Shown: positions 12,640-25,079 of the stretch, piece by piece
Numbering within the stretch: the stretch's first letter is position 1
Layout of the letters: each line of letters starts with the position of its first letter
From: Squalus acanthias
Taxonomy: Eukaryota
Direction: 5' to 3'
Assembly (NCBI GenBank): GCA_030390025.1
Contig: CM059427.1
Location: forward strand, 14,136,001-14,200,000
DNA length: 64,000 nucleotides
Made by a program: the position numbers and the translations under genes
Notes under the pieces: generated by a model
The model's database searches: none
The model's input: only the letters and a program-made list of their open reading frames with translations
Told to the model about the DNA's origin: nothing

Positions 12640-13562
12640 CTGTAGTATCCTGATCAATGACTTCTCAGCACCATTGTTTGCCCTAAAATCTCTGGTAGCT
12701 ACAGGCAGATTTGCAGCAGAGGTTTCCTTTATGGGTGCCCAAACTGTTGCCACAGAGAATTGGAGCGCAACATTGGAAAAGACGGTCCCTACCAGCCTCC
12801 AAATGACTGGGGGAAAGTATCTCATGGAGCTTCACTAGACTGAAGATCACAGAGCTTCATCAGTCTGAAAACCACCAAGCATAGCATGAGTGCACCTAGA
12901 TAACACAAAGCAACACACACATTCCTTTCTGTCATCTCTCGTTCGATGACTGTACATGATAGAAAGGAGGCAGGGCCAGGCTGCTCATAAAGTATCACAA
13001 GAGGTGCAGCCTGCAAAAGGTTCACACCATGGGCTCGATTTTGCCAGGTCCAAGGAGGCGGGATTGGAGGCGTGCAAGGTGCTAAAAAAGCAAAAAAAAT
13101 GGCGGGCGGGTCCGATCCCGCCTCCAGCCCGCCTCTGAGCAATTTTCCCAAAATCAGGGTTTCAGACCCCATTTCCATCCCACCTCCAAGAGGCGGGATC
13201 GGCCCTTAAGGCCCTTAACAACCAGTTAAGTGCCTCTATAATCCCATTTTGAGAGGCCTTTCTGAATTTAACACATTTCCCGCGTGCTGCACGTCTCCTC
13301 TGGAACACGCCAGTTAATCCTGGTGGCCTCACAAGTGGACTGCTTACTAACGGCTGCAGCTCCACCATTAAAAAGGAGTTTTCAGCAATCATCATTTGCA
13401 GGTGGCAGAACTTTGTTGTCTCAGTACTGGGAGAACTTTTAACAGGCCTACTCATTGTTGTGGAAGTTTGGAGCCTGAGACCCATCTCCAGTGTGACCTC
13501 CTGGGAAACCCCTCTCCCCACCTTGACTGAGCGCTTCCTCAACTGAGGCATATACCAGAAGC

Positions 13563-14815
13563 ATGGGTACCCTTTATTTCCTTTCCTCCTGGACATCAGA
13601 TTCAGACGAAGACCAGCCGCGGCAGCAGCAGCACCATGAACAACAGCAGCACCACCAAAACAGCAGCAGCAACAACAGGAGCGCCAAGCTGCTGCTCACC
13701 CACCTGAAGCTGTACAGGCCAGAAGGCGCCAGCGCATGGAAGCACGTCGCCGCAGGAGATACCCCCAAAACAGGGTTTACAGACAGAGGATGAGCTACCT
13801 CAACATGACTGAGCAGCAGTGCCAAAGGAGGCTCAGACGGTCGCGAGAGGTAGTGGGTCACATCTGCGCACTGCTGAAGCAAGACCTGTAGCCCAGAGGA
13901 GCGGGTGGACACCCCTTACCAGTGGCCGTCAAAGTCACCACCGCACTCAACGTTTTTGCTTCAGGCTCATTCCAGGGATCAACAGCAGACATCAGCGGCG
14001 TCTCACAGGTGGCCGCACACACTTGCAGCACGCAGGTAACCGATGGCCTTTTTGACATCGCGCACAATTACATCAACTTCTCCAAGGATCAAGCAAGTGT
14101 AACCGCGTGTGCGGTTGGATTTGCCAATCTGGCAGGCTTTCCAAGGGTGCAGGGCGTCGTTGACTGCACACATGTGGCCCTTAAGGCATCCCATCACAAT
14201 CCAGGTATTTTTGTCACCCGCGAGGGCTTCCACTCCCTCAACGTGCAGCTGGTGTGTGACCACAAGAAGGACATTTTTCATGTTTGCGGCAAGTACCCTG
14301 GCAATTGCCATGACTCCTTCATCCTGCGGCAGTCTAGTGTGCCTCCGCTCTTCAGTCCGCCAGACCAACTTTTCGGATGGCTACTTGGAGCCAAGGCCTA
14401 TCCCCTGAAGGCATGGCTAATGACGCCGTTGAGGAGCCCATCCAATGAAGCTGAGGAGCGCTACAACTCCAGCCACATTTCCACCAGATCCATAATCGAG
14501 CAAACCATCGGCTTGCTGAAGATGCGATTCAGATGCCTGGATAGATCAGGTGGAGCCCTGCAGTACTCAGCAGCCAGGGTCTCCAGAATCGTCGTGGCTT
14601 GCTGTGCACTTCACAACATGGCACAGCATCATGGCTTGCAGCTGGCTGAGGTACAAATGGCTCATCGCATAGCCTCCTCAGATGAGGAGGAGGAGGAGGA
14701 GAAGGAGAGCGACAACGAACAGCTTGCAGAGGCGCATCAACCAGCGGCACCAGCACGCGAGCACATTGCTGCCCGGGATGCAAGGGACGCACTCACGTTG
14801 GCCAGATTTGCTTAG
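13563..14815 (+). pseudogene. Harbinger DDE transposase (HARBI1-like) of H1, disrupted
   Basis: Motifs [56 protein letters not shown]. Lesions: a frameshift in the poly-Q leader, an in-frame TAG at 13889-91, and LLGDKGY changed to LLGAKAY. Confidence 0.92.
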
Positions 14816-15074
14816 CCTGCTCAATCAAACACTTTTGCCTCGCACCTTCTTACCAGAGCATCGACAATGGCCAAGAACCTGCGGATTCCTATCACTCTGA
14901 CCACCATACTGACAATTGCAAGTTGCCCTAAGCCCTCAATGTGGAAGTCCCATTTGCAAAATGACACAGGCCACAACTTCAACAGTTTGCCATCAAGTTT
15001 TTTTATCACATCAAATCATGGATGGCTTTTCAAAAATAAACACAACATAACACCCAAGTGACAACCCTTTGTGA

Positions 15075-17082
15075 CTACTTGTGCTTTATCTTTCTCTTAC
15101 GCGTGCTCCTACGTGGTGCTTCCCCTGTGGCTTCAGCAGATGTGGAGGCCCCTTGCTCACTTTCTTGCTGCTCCTGCCTCGACGCCTTTGGCGGCCGTCC
15201 TCTGGGGTGGCGAACCTGTACAGGCTCAGCAAAAGTCTGTTGCTCCTGCGGCTGTGCAGGGGCTGAGACGCCCATCTCAGTTGGGTGAGGACTCTGGTGG
15301 AGCTCTGACCGAGGGCTTTGCAGTGGTATGGTCGTGTCAGCGCTTGGAGAGGAGCCCCCACTTTCTTGTTGTCTGCCACCAACATCCCTCTCATGGGTCA
15401 GCCCCACTTCAGAGCTAGCAAGTGGCTTGACAGCACCTTTCTGCACTTCAGGGGGGCCATGAGGACCCATTTCTGCACTAGAAGTCCTACTCCAGAGGAC
15501 TTCCATGAAAGTCTGGTTTCTCTGCTCAATAGCTGACCATCGCTCCTCAAGAGATGTCAGTCTATTCTGAACAATGACCATGTTTTCAAGACCCTGGCGT
15601 CTAAGCTCTTCCATGGCTGTAGCCATCCTCTCCTCTACCGTAGCCATCTTCTCCTCTACGGTAGCCAGCCTTACCATGGAGGTAGCCATCCTTTCCACGG
15701 AGGTTGCCATCCCTTCCATGGTGATGCGTTCATGTGCTAACGCCTCCACAAAGGCTCTGCTCATGTTAGCGATGGACTCCTCCATTCGCTCCACACTTGC
15801 AGCGACCCTGGAGACAAAACCTGCCAGAGACTCCTGCACCTGTTCCTGGAGTTCAAGCACCACCCTCCTTCTGGATGGACCCGGTGGCACAGGGTCGACA
15901 TGCAGCAGAGCCGAGCTGGCAGAGTCCTGTGCCCTCCGACGAGGACTCTCCACTGCTGTCCCTGTCTCCACCATCTGCTGATGCTCACTTGTGAGCTGTG
16001 ATACACCAGGTGACAACTCTACTCTATCTCCCTAAGGTCCCAGCGGGGTTTGAGTGTCTGCGCTGGTGCTGGGTACGCTTAATTCTGCTGACGCTGCGCC
16101 CTCAGAGATTGCAGCTTCCTCTGAGGAGTCTGGGGGCTCAGGCTGTTCCTCCTGGACAGTGGGGAGGGGGGTTGTCAATGGTCCTGTGGGGGAGTAAAGG
16201 AAAGAGTTAGAGATGTGAGGTCAAGGTTACATGCACATTGAATTGCGCAGATGATCATAAGTCAATCTGTTAGAGCATCAGAATCAATATCAGTCACTCA
16301 TGCAATGTCAATGAGAGAGATGAAAAACTATTCTGTCACCAGCTTGCTCTGATGCGCCCGTGTGTCCGTCCCCCACTTGCGCATCCTCCTCCACTCCCAC
16401 GGTCTCCAGGGCCGCCTCCTCTGCAGTGGCGAGCTGGGCTATTGAGGGTGGCCCTCCTCCTGTCCTCACCCTCTCCCTCTCATTGTGGGCTCTCTTTTCC
16501 TGCAATGAGGGACACAAGTGGAGTTTTAGTGAGAATGAAGGAGTGAATGTAGAGAATCCATAGCATAGATGCTTAGAAGGACACAAAGATTGAGTGAGGT
16601 GCCAAGACCAAGGGCCCTCCCTGTGTGTTGTAAGTTGTTGTCATTGCATCACAGTGATAGGGAGTGTGAGGGCTGCATAGTCGAATAGTTAAGTGAATGT
16701 GAACATACAGAGAGAGGGAATGGTTAAGGGTGCAGGGATGTAAGAGTCAAGTGGGATGTGGAGGAGGAGGTTGACAAAGCAGAGTGCTGGTGATGAGAGG
16801 CGATGGGGAGCAGATTGAGGGTCATGGTGATGTAATACTCACTTTTTCTGTGCGGAGAAGGTCATGAAACCTCTTTCTGCACTGCAGCCAGGTTCTGCTG
16901 CACATTGAGATGGCATTCACCTCCTGTGCCACTTGCAGCCACACAGCTTTGGTCTGTTGTGGAGGCTTTTTCCTCCCTGAAGAAGGAAACAGCACTTCCT
17001 TATTTGCTCTTGCTCCCTCCACCAGAGCTTGGAGGGAGTTCTCATCGAATCGGGGTGCACACTTTGGTCTGGTGCTGGACAT
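15075..17082 (-). pseudogene. Myb/SANT-like DNA-binding partner gene of H1, three exons (17082-16843, 16499-16340, 16183-15075)
   Basis: Exon 1 encodes PRF...LFP...W.QVAQEV...RTWLQCRKRFHDL (Myb_DNA-bind_5 type). The GT-AG introns are phase 0 and phase 1 and join in frame. Exon 3 has a coiled-coil, an AT-hook-like PRGRPPK and a basic tail. One in-frame TAG at 16032-34. Confidence 0.88.
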
Positions 17083-17551
17083 GATTGCAGTAGGAATTCC
17101 TCAGAAGTATGATGCTAAAGTTGAAAGGCTGAAAAAGAACCAAGGCTGCTTGCAGGCCTTAAATGCAGCTGCATAGATGATGTCATCGGAGGTGAGTTTC
17201 AGCATCAAAATAATCATTGGGCCAGGGGTTCCCACACGCTGGAAATCAAGTGCCCAATTTGGGCAAAATCACTCATTTGTCCCGCCTCACGTCGGAGGCG
17301 GGGTCCTGACACGCCGACCACCTGACACGCCCCCAGGCCGCCCCCCAATGACAAAATCCAGCCCCATGACTTAGCTGCCATAGACAAGGCCCACCTCAGT
17401 CCTAAGAAGTACCAAGCAACCAATCATGTCACACAGTCCTGTCACTCAAGTAGCACCTTGGAGGATCACTGGATTAGGGTTAAGAGTTCTCACCACACAC
17501 TGGCACAAAGGGGAAGCAGGGTAGTGAGAAGCATTGGACACATATACACTA

Positions 17552-18535
17552 CGGGATTATTTTGGCCAAAGGATAAAAACAGGCGCTAAATGGGTGCTGT
17601 GCTCATAAGAAACGTCTGACTGAAAATCTAGATTTAGCACGCAATTTTTGGACTAATTGATAATTATCATGATTTAAATGTGTCTGCAGGCAATGAGACC
17701 GACAACTGTAGGTTTAGCACTCAAACGCAGATTAGACGCAATTTTTCTGGAGCTGTATATGTATGCTGTACTCACCCACTTCCACTGAAGGTGTGGCGTG
17801 CGCTGACTGGGAGAGAAGCCAACGTGAAAGGATGTCTCAAGGACCTAGAGAGAGGGCGCCCAGGTTCTCCGACGGGGAATTGGAAGTCCTGGTGTCTTGT
17901 ACCCGCAGGGGGTTAGAACACCACCTCGTCCTCCTGTCCATCTCTCGTGCAGTAGCTGGTGCTGCTCTGCCTGGCCTCCTGCAGACCAAGACCCTAGCAA
18001 GATGCCTATGACCAAGCACTCTCTTTCTCATGGTGACTCCTATAAGGTACAGTAGCACAGCACTCACTCTTTTTAGGTGAAGCCCTCAGACAATTTCCAG
18101 AATAAATGTTGATTGAGTGTTGGTGAAGTCTTGACATACTGTCCCAGAACATCTCCCGATGTGTTTCAAAAGTCCTCTTCAAACCGCCAGCTGTAAGTGA
18201 ACAGTAAAAGGTGAGATACTTTCAAGTAGCACTCGAAATCCTCAGCAACGACTTGTTTACTCCCAATCAGCTGGTCGCTCTTTGGAGAGGGCATTAGTTC
18301 AAGCGCTAGCCACCAAAATGCTGGGCAGCCTCATTGTTGAGCACTAGCAGGCAATTTAAGTGGTAATCAGCCCCTTAGCTATCCTCCGGGCGGCCATTCC
18401 TAGCGCGCGCTTCAATCCTTTACCAAGATGGCATCTAGCGCTAAACACGGGCTAAACCAACGTTTCAGCTTAAGACCCCATCTTGGCCACCTCGGTGGCT
18501 CTTTAGCACCTAAAGTATCTGGGGAAAATCGCCCC
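17552..18535. mobile_element. Non-autonomous Harbinger deletion derivative (about 985 bp)
   Basis: Imperfect TIRs (CGGGATTATTTT / AAAATCGCCCC) and TSD CTA. Retains the Myb start MSQGPRERAPRFSDGELEVL (+, about 17832) abutting a transposase-leader-like segment (-). Confidence 0.7.
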
Positions 18536-19221
18536 CTATTGTTTTTGATTAAAATAATTGTTGCACTAAAGTTGTGTGTGCAGATATCATTCTTGGTAAG
18601 GTTTGGAAGTGGCTTGCGTCAGATGGTATGAATGGGAGCTGTGTGATTTAGTGCATACAGAGAAGGTTCTGTACATGATGGCATATCAGGGGTGGGAAGG
18701 GGAAGATTACCTAGACCTGTTTGTGCAGTGGCCAGATTTGCTATTCAAGAGGTCTTCTGTATCAGTTTGGGCAAATTTTGCTGAGTCACGAAAAGGTTGT
18801 CCCTCACATCTTCTTCAGGTCACATTCAGGTAAATGCAGGTATGAGTGATTTTGCCAGCATCCTCATGTGTGGGGCTACCAGCAGGCAGGTGGACTCCAT
18901 CTCTGATGCAGGTTTATCAGTCTCGCCATTCCTTTTTTTCCAAACAGCAATGGTAGAGGGGAAATCCCCAACAGGAGACCTCATTCTGTACAGTATGTAG
19001 AGGGAGGGGAGGGAAAAGGAACACAGTGCCACAGCAAATGGCACAAAGGAAGGTGGTAAAGTAGTTGGCAGGTCAAAAAAAACACAAGATATTTCCCAAA
19101 TTGGTGGAGAAAGAAGGATTCTGCCAAACTTTAAGCTATATGTTGTTGGCCTGCTAAATCAACACCCGCATTTCCCCACAGTGCCCAGAAACCCTGCACA
19201 TCCATTATGTATGGGCATGAT

Positions 19222-21060
19222 TTTTTATTTTATTAATTCATGAGATGTGAGTGTCGCTGGCAAGGCCAGCATTTATTGCCCATCCCTAATTGCCTTTGAG
19301 AAGGTGGTGGTGAACCGCCTTCTTAAACTGCTGCAGTCTGTGAGGTGAAGGTACTTCCACAGTGCTGTTAAGGAGGGAGTTGCAGGATTTTGACCCAGCA
19401 ACGATGAAGGAACAGCAATATATTTTCCAATCAGAATGGTGTGTGACTTTCAGGGGAACTTGCAGGTGGTCATGTTCCCATGTGTCTACTGCCCTTGTCC
19501 TTCTAGGTGGTAGAGGTCACGTGTATTGGGAGGTGATATTGAAGAAGCCTTGGCAAATTGCTGCAGTGCGTCTTGTAGATGGTAAAAACTGCAGCCACGA
19601 TGCGCCGGTGGTGGAGGGAGTGAATATTTAAGGTGATGGATGGGGTGCCAATCAACATAAGAACATAAGAATATAAGAAATAGAAGCAGGAGCAGGCCAT
19701 TCGGCCCCTCGAGCCTGCTCTGCCATTTAATGAGATCATGGCTGATCCGATTTTGGCCTCAACTCCACTTTCCTGCCCGCTCCCCATAACCCTTGACTCC
19801 CCTGTTGCTCAAAAATCTGTCTATCTCTGCCTTGAATATATTCAATGACTCAGCTTCCACAGCTCTCTGGGGTAAATAATTCCAAAGGTTCACGACCCTC
19901 TGAGAGAAGAAATTCCTCTCATCTACATCTTAAATGGGCAACTCCTTATTCTGAGACTATGCCCCCTCATTCTAGATTCCCTGACAAGGGGAAACATCCT
20001 CTCAGCATCTACCCTGTCCAACCCCCTCAGAATCTTATATGTTTCAATAAAATTACCTCTCATTCTTCTAAACTCCAATGAGTATCGGCCCAACCTGCTC
20101 AACCTTTCCTCATAAGACAACACTTCCATCCCAGGAATCAACCTAGTGAACCTTCTCTGAACTGCCTCCAATGCAAGTATATCCCTCCTTAAATAAGGAG
20201 ACCAAAACTGCACGCATTACTCTAGGTGTGGTCTCACCAGCACCCTATACAGTTGTAGCAAGACTTCCCTACTTTTATACTCTATCCCCCTTGAAATAAA
20301 GGCCAACATTCCATTTGCTTTCCTAATTACTTGCTGCACCTGCATGTTAAATTTTTGTGTTTCATGTATGAGGACACCCAAATCCCTCTGTACCACTGCA
20401 TTCTGTAGTCTTTCTCCATTTAAATAATATTTTTCTTTTCCATTCTTCCGACCAAAGTGGATAACTTCACATTTTCCCACATTATACTCCATCTGCCAAA
20501 TTCTTGCCCACTCACTTAATCTATCTATATCCTTTTGCAGACTCTTTATGTCCTCCTCACAACTTACTTTCCCACCTATCTTTGTATCATCCGCAAATTT
20601 GGCTACAATACACTTGCTTCCTCAAGCGGGCTGCCTTGTCCTGGATGGTGTCAAGCTTCTTGAGTGTTGTTGGAGCTGCACTCATCTTGGCAAGTGGAGA
20701 GTATTCCATCAGAGTCCTGACTTGTGCCTTGGAGATGGTGGAAAGGCTTTGGGGAGTCAGGAAGTGAGTCACTCATCGCAGAATACCCAGCCTCTGACCT
20801 GCTCTTGCAGCCACATTATTTATGTGGCTGGTCCAGTTATGTTTCTGGTCAAGGGTGACCCCCAAGATATTGATGGTGGGGGATACGGTGATGGTAATGC
20901 CATTGAATGTCAAGGGGAGGTGGCTAGATTCTCGTTTGTTGAAGATGGTCATTGCCTGGTACTTGTGTGGCGCGAATGTTACTTGCCACTTATCAGCACA
21001 ATTCTGAATGTTGTCCAGATCTTGCTGCATGGGGGATGTACTGCTTCATTATCTGAGTAA
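19222..21060 (-). mobile_element. Second LINE family (CR1/L2 group), 3' part, split by a CR1 insertion
   Basis: ORFs 20773-21030 (QQDLDNIQ..ADKWQVTFAPHK...ILGVTLD) and 20587-20772 (KAQVRTLMEYSP...KKLDTIQ) continue at 19655-19222 after removing the nested CR1. A-rich tail at about 19222. Confidence 0.85.
19656..20621 (-). mobile_element. CR1 LINE, 5'-truncated, nested in the second LINE
   Basis: ORF2 C-terminal ORFs 20217-20492 and 19923-20213; (TTCTTATG)n tail; TSD TCAA (19652-55, 20622-25). Confidence 0.93.
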
Positions 21061-21691
21061 TTGTACAGTGCTCTAAAAACTTCAAAAAGATGTTTCCCTC
21101 AACGTGATAGTATCTGCATGAAAGAAGAAGCAAACGGAATGCACAAAGCGTAAGGAATTTATTTCCTTGACTTTTCTGAGTGCTTTGTATTTAGACCACA
21201 TGAGGCCTTCTGAGGAGGAAACATTTCTAGCCCACTGAGGCATACATAGTGATTAAAATATTATTGAAACTGAGCACCATTTGGGAGTTTCTGTAAATAA
21301 GGTACTTCCATCGTTCTCATTCACCTACTGCCATCTTCACAAAGTGGAATTCATTAAAGTGCTTTAGATTCTTGCCTTAATCTTCCAGATCTTTGTATGC
21401 TTCCTGGCAGCTCATGAACTCAGTTCAAGCCCATGCTGGCTTCCTTTACTGGACAGGAATGAAAACAAACGTTGGCATATTCATGCAATGGTGACGTGAA
21501 GCCATTTGCAGAAATAATTTTTTTTAACTTATGTATGTCTGGTTTTTGACAGTGTTGTATTTGCTTTAATAGTAAATATACATTTATTCCGTTTAAATAT
21601 GGGATTAATTTTAGCTTTCAGAAACCTTCCTAATGCATCTTATGTGATTTTTCTTTGGCACACATTCTGGTGAATATTCATTTAAACTTGG

Positions 21692-24128
21692 TGGGTGCAA
21701 AATTGGGCTCGGTAACGCCCGTTGTTTGGGTGCTATGGGTGCCATTCAGGGACCAAAATGGAGTCCATGGCGGTGAATCGCGCGAGACGCCATCTTGGTG
21801 AGGGCATTAGTGCGCATGCAGCTAATGTCCGCCGGAAGTATGCAGTGCGGGTAGATCATGATGTCAATCAGTGTGCAAAGCTGAATTGACACCAGCGCTG
21901 CCATTTTGGAGTACAACACTCCAGCCAAGGCCCTCTCTTAACCTCACACAGCTGGACATACATTTAGCAGCAAGAAGGACCCCCCACCAGCGCTATTTAA
22001 AGGGATCATCAACTACTTACAGGTTAGTTGCTGGTAGATTTCTTCTGGCTGTTGCTACAATTGTGCAAGTGTTTTGTGCTTTCCATAGTTTTTTCAAGTT
22101 GCAAAGATCTCCAGGGAGTATTGTGGCAGGTACTGAAGGACTTTTTCCTGACTTCAAGGCTTCTACACAAACCAGTTGCTGCCAGACATAGGGGCAGTAG
22201 TAGGCATTCCCCTTGGAATACAGCATGACTGGGAAAATGAGCAGAGGGCTTTTAGAGCAGGACCAGTGGCTGGAAGAGGGAGGAGGAGGAGGGGGAGAAG
22301 TGCTCTCAGCAGGAGGCCATATCCAGCCAGGGTGTTCAGGGAGCAATTCTCCTACCTGAACCTCAGTGAGGAACAATGTGTGAGATGTCTGTGCTTCACT
22401 AAGGACGTCCTCACTGAAATCTGCCACCTGCTGCAGCCACAACTGCAACTTCAGAGCACAGCAAGGATCGCATTGCCAGTGGCTGTGAAGGTGACCGTGG
22501 CGATGAACTTTTATGCGCCGGCTCCTTCCAGGCTGGAGCTGGAGATATTTGCAACATCTCGCAGTTTGCCGTCCACTGTTGCGTAAGGGAGGTCACTGAG
22601 GCTCTCTATTCCAAGAGAGCGAATATATTTCATTTTCTCTTGCCAGAGACCAACAGACGGAGCGAGTACACAGCTTTGCTAGGATTGCAGGCTTCCCCAT
22701 GGTGCAGGGTGCCATTGACTGCAGGCACATTGTTTTGCAGGCGCCACATGTCAACTCTGCCATACACTGGAACCGAAAGGGATTTAACTCCCTCAACGTC
22801 CACCTGGTGTGCAACCATAGGCAATGCCCAGTATCCTGACCCTGTAAACCGCGTGGCCACTCAGCGCTCCAGGGAATCAGCACAGCCGGCTTGCCAGCTT
22901 TTCAATAGAAAAATCACACAAGCGCGGTATTTTGAATGGGCCGCGCAGCCCGAAAAATAAATTACAGGGAACATTGGTCACGATGCCTTCAATCTGCGGC
23001 AGTCCAGTGTGCCAACTGTATTTCAGCCACCACGGCAAACCAGAGGGTGGCTACTGGGCGACAAGGGCTATCCGCTGACCACATGGCTCATGACTCCGGT
23101 GCACAACCCACGCACACGTGCGCAGCGTGCATACAATGAAAGCCATGCTGCCACAAAAAAGTGATAAAGTAGACCATTGGTGTGCTGAAACAACTCTTCC
23201 GCTGCCCGGGCCACTCTGGAGGAGCCCTGCAGTACTCGGCAGGGCGGGTGTCAAGAGTCGCGGTGGCCTGCTGCATGCTGCACAATCTCGCCATCAGAAG
23301 GATCAGCTCTTGTCACCAGCCATACGGCAAGCTGAGGAGGAAGAGCATGAGGAGGAGGAGGAGCAGGAAGAAGAGGAAGAAGACAACCTAGACAGCCCCT
23401 TCAGATAGACAGCCCCTTTCTGCCCAAGCTGCCCGTGAGTGCAATACCAGTGAACACAACACCAATTCCCCATTCACCAACCCTAGTAATCTGTTGGAAG
23501 ACAGATGGCTGGACTGCTGTGACACCCTGCAAGCCCCTTTGAACACTGGTATCCACAGCCATGATGGCAGCAGTCTGGGCTTGCGTGGCAGCAAGCTGAT
23601 ATTGCAGGACAGAAGTCTGAGCTTCCACTGCAGCACCCAGACGTTGGGTGGCTGCTGCTTGTGCTGCAATGGAAGTTGCGACATCGGCCATCAGACGCTG
23701 CACATGGTTGGGTCCACAAGTGAGCAAATGGAGTTGACCACCACTTCCATGCTGGAAAGGATGGGCTCCAAGCTGTGCACTAAGCCCTGTGCCAAGTTGG
23801 TGCCAGACTCCTCCATGCTCCTTGACATTGAATGCAGGCTTTCTGGCAGCCTTTTACAATACGCCAAGCATTTAGTTGTGCTTACCTATCAGCGTTCTTC
23901 TGTAGGCTGCCCCACCAAAGTCCTCATCTGAGTCCTGTGCAGTAGAACCCATGTGCCACCTCGCCATCTGGCCTGGCTGCAGCGGTTAGCGCTGGCTGCA
24001 CACATAAATCATTCTAATGAGCAGGCAGCACGAAGTTGGCTTGCTGCCTGCATTTCAATCAACGGGCGTGGGTTAATCGTGCATCGCCATCCCCGCGCCC
24101 GTTTTCAGGGGCTATCCAATTTAGTCCC
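21692..24128 (+). mobile_element. Harbinger H4 (H3 family), internally deleted
   Basis: Its ends match the ends of 35525-42653 in reverse orientation; probable TSD TGG. Decayed transposase at about 22188-23440 ([37 protein letters not shown]); Myb exon-3 fragment on the minus strand at about 23478-23975. Confidence 0.88.
22839..22976. mobile_element. Small hAT-like MITE inserted in the H4 transposase
   Basis: 138 bp with ends (A)CCCTGTAA ... TTACAGGGAACATTG (left TIR truncated). It interrupts the QYPG-(SS)-HDA motif. Confidence 0.6.
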
Positions 24129-24414
24129 TGGAGACTCTTGTTTTGTTTCCTTTTCATCTTAAGTGCTTTGAATCTATGAGCCTATTGGCACGGTCGGCAC
24201 TTATCGCCCATTACTTGGTGCACTAAGGGCTGCTACATGCATTTCCATTCACACTAATGATGTCCAATATGGTGATCAAAGCACCTTGTCCCAATGAAAG
24301 GTTGAGGACCCTTTTGAATCTATCAGTGTTTTAAAAGCGCACCTCATCAAATAACCCTCAAAGCACATCACCCTCTAAAACCCAGAGCCCACTCATTTTT
24401 CTTGCTTTATTATT

Positions 24415-24745
24415 CTGTCTTGCGGATGAGACGTTAAACCGAGGCCCCGTCTGCTCTCTCATGTGGACGTAAAAGATCATCATGGCACTATTTCAAAGAA
24501 GAGCAGGGGAGTTATCCCCGGTGTCCTGGGCCAATATTTATCCCTCAATCACATAACAAAAACAGATTATCTGGTCATTATCACATTGCTGTTTGTGGGA
24601 GCTTGCTGTGCACAATTGGCTGCCACGTTTCCTACATTACAACAGTGACTACACTTCAAAAGTACTTCATTGGCTGTAAAGCCTTTTGAGACGTCAGGTG
24701 GTTGTGAAAGGCGCTACATAAATGTAAGTCTTTCTTTTTGTTTCT
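24415..24745 (+). mobile_element. Deu-domain SINE (SacSINE1/AmnSINE-like), 5'-truncated
   Basis: GGATGAGACGTTAAACCGAGGCCCCGTCTG core and L2-like 3' tail (GTGAAAGGCGCTACATAAATGTAAGTCTTTC), recognised from memory of the family; other copies at 52250-52575 and 60820-60945. Confidence 0.8.
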
Positions 24746-25079
24746 TTGAGATTGACTGTAATTCCGATTGAAAGTATGGATCAATCATTCTGTGGTAGAT
24801 AAAGAACTGCCACCAGTTAACATTCAGGCTCAGTTTATTGAAGTTGAAGCAGAGATGATGAAATTGCACAACCTCCTTCATTTCCTCAGAGGCATGTTTT
24901 AAAATAATAATGACCAGAAACGAAGATCTTAGAAGTATATCGAGCCCTCGCGTCATGCCATAGTCTATCAAGTCAAGCTTCAACCACCAAGGTTTCACCT
25001 GATGGCAATTATGACGGCCCACCTACCAGTCACAGTCAAAGACCAAGAGGCCAATGTTGATACAGAGCATGTGTGCGGG

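Larger units (their letters stand above)
13031..17364 (+). mobile_element. Full-length PIF/Harbinger DNA transposon H1 (4334 bp)
   Basis: TIRs GGGCTCGATTTTG / CAAAATCCAGCCC (12/13 match), 3-bp TSD CAT (13028-30, 17365-67), convergent transposase and Myb genes. Confidence 0.95.
11450..19000. mobile_element. Old Harbinger host element, fragmented by later insertions
   Basis: Myb-gene exon 2 homolog at about 11640-11800 (+; ENRAHCKRERLVTGKG...LTP..EEAL). Exon-3-like sequence at 11958-13030 continues at 17368-17520. A decayed transposase start lies on the minus strand at about 18700-18990. Outer limits are uncertain. Confidence 0.55.

Noticed and set aside
13922-14815. Possible domesticated HARBI1 host gene
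   Set aside because: It lies between TIRs with a TSD, has several paralogs in the window and carries disabling mutations.
16017-16034. Stops at adjacent codons in Myb exon 3 of H1 (TAG) and H2 (TGA, about 46206), suggesting readthrough or a third gene
   Set aside because: The stops are in different codons and the homologous stretch in H3 (TSSDTDTVHILEDRLE) is open, so independent decay is simpler. A family consensus would settle it.
24714-25060. 102-aa minus-strand ORF and protein-like plus-strand frames in non-repeat DNA
   Set aside because: No recognisable motif, no clear donor site, and the ORF runs into a SINE tail; it cannot be supported without a search.
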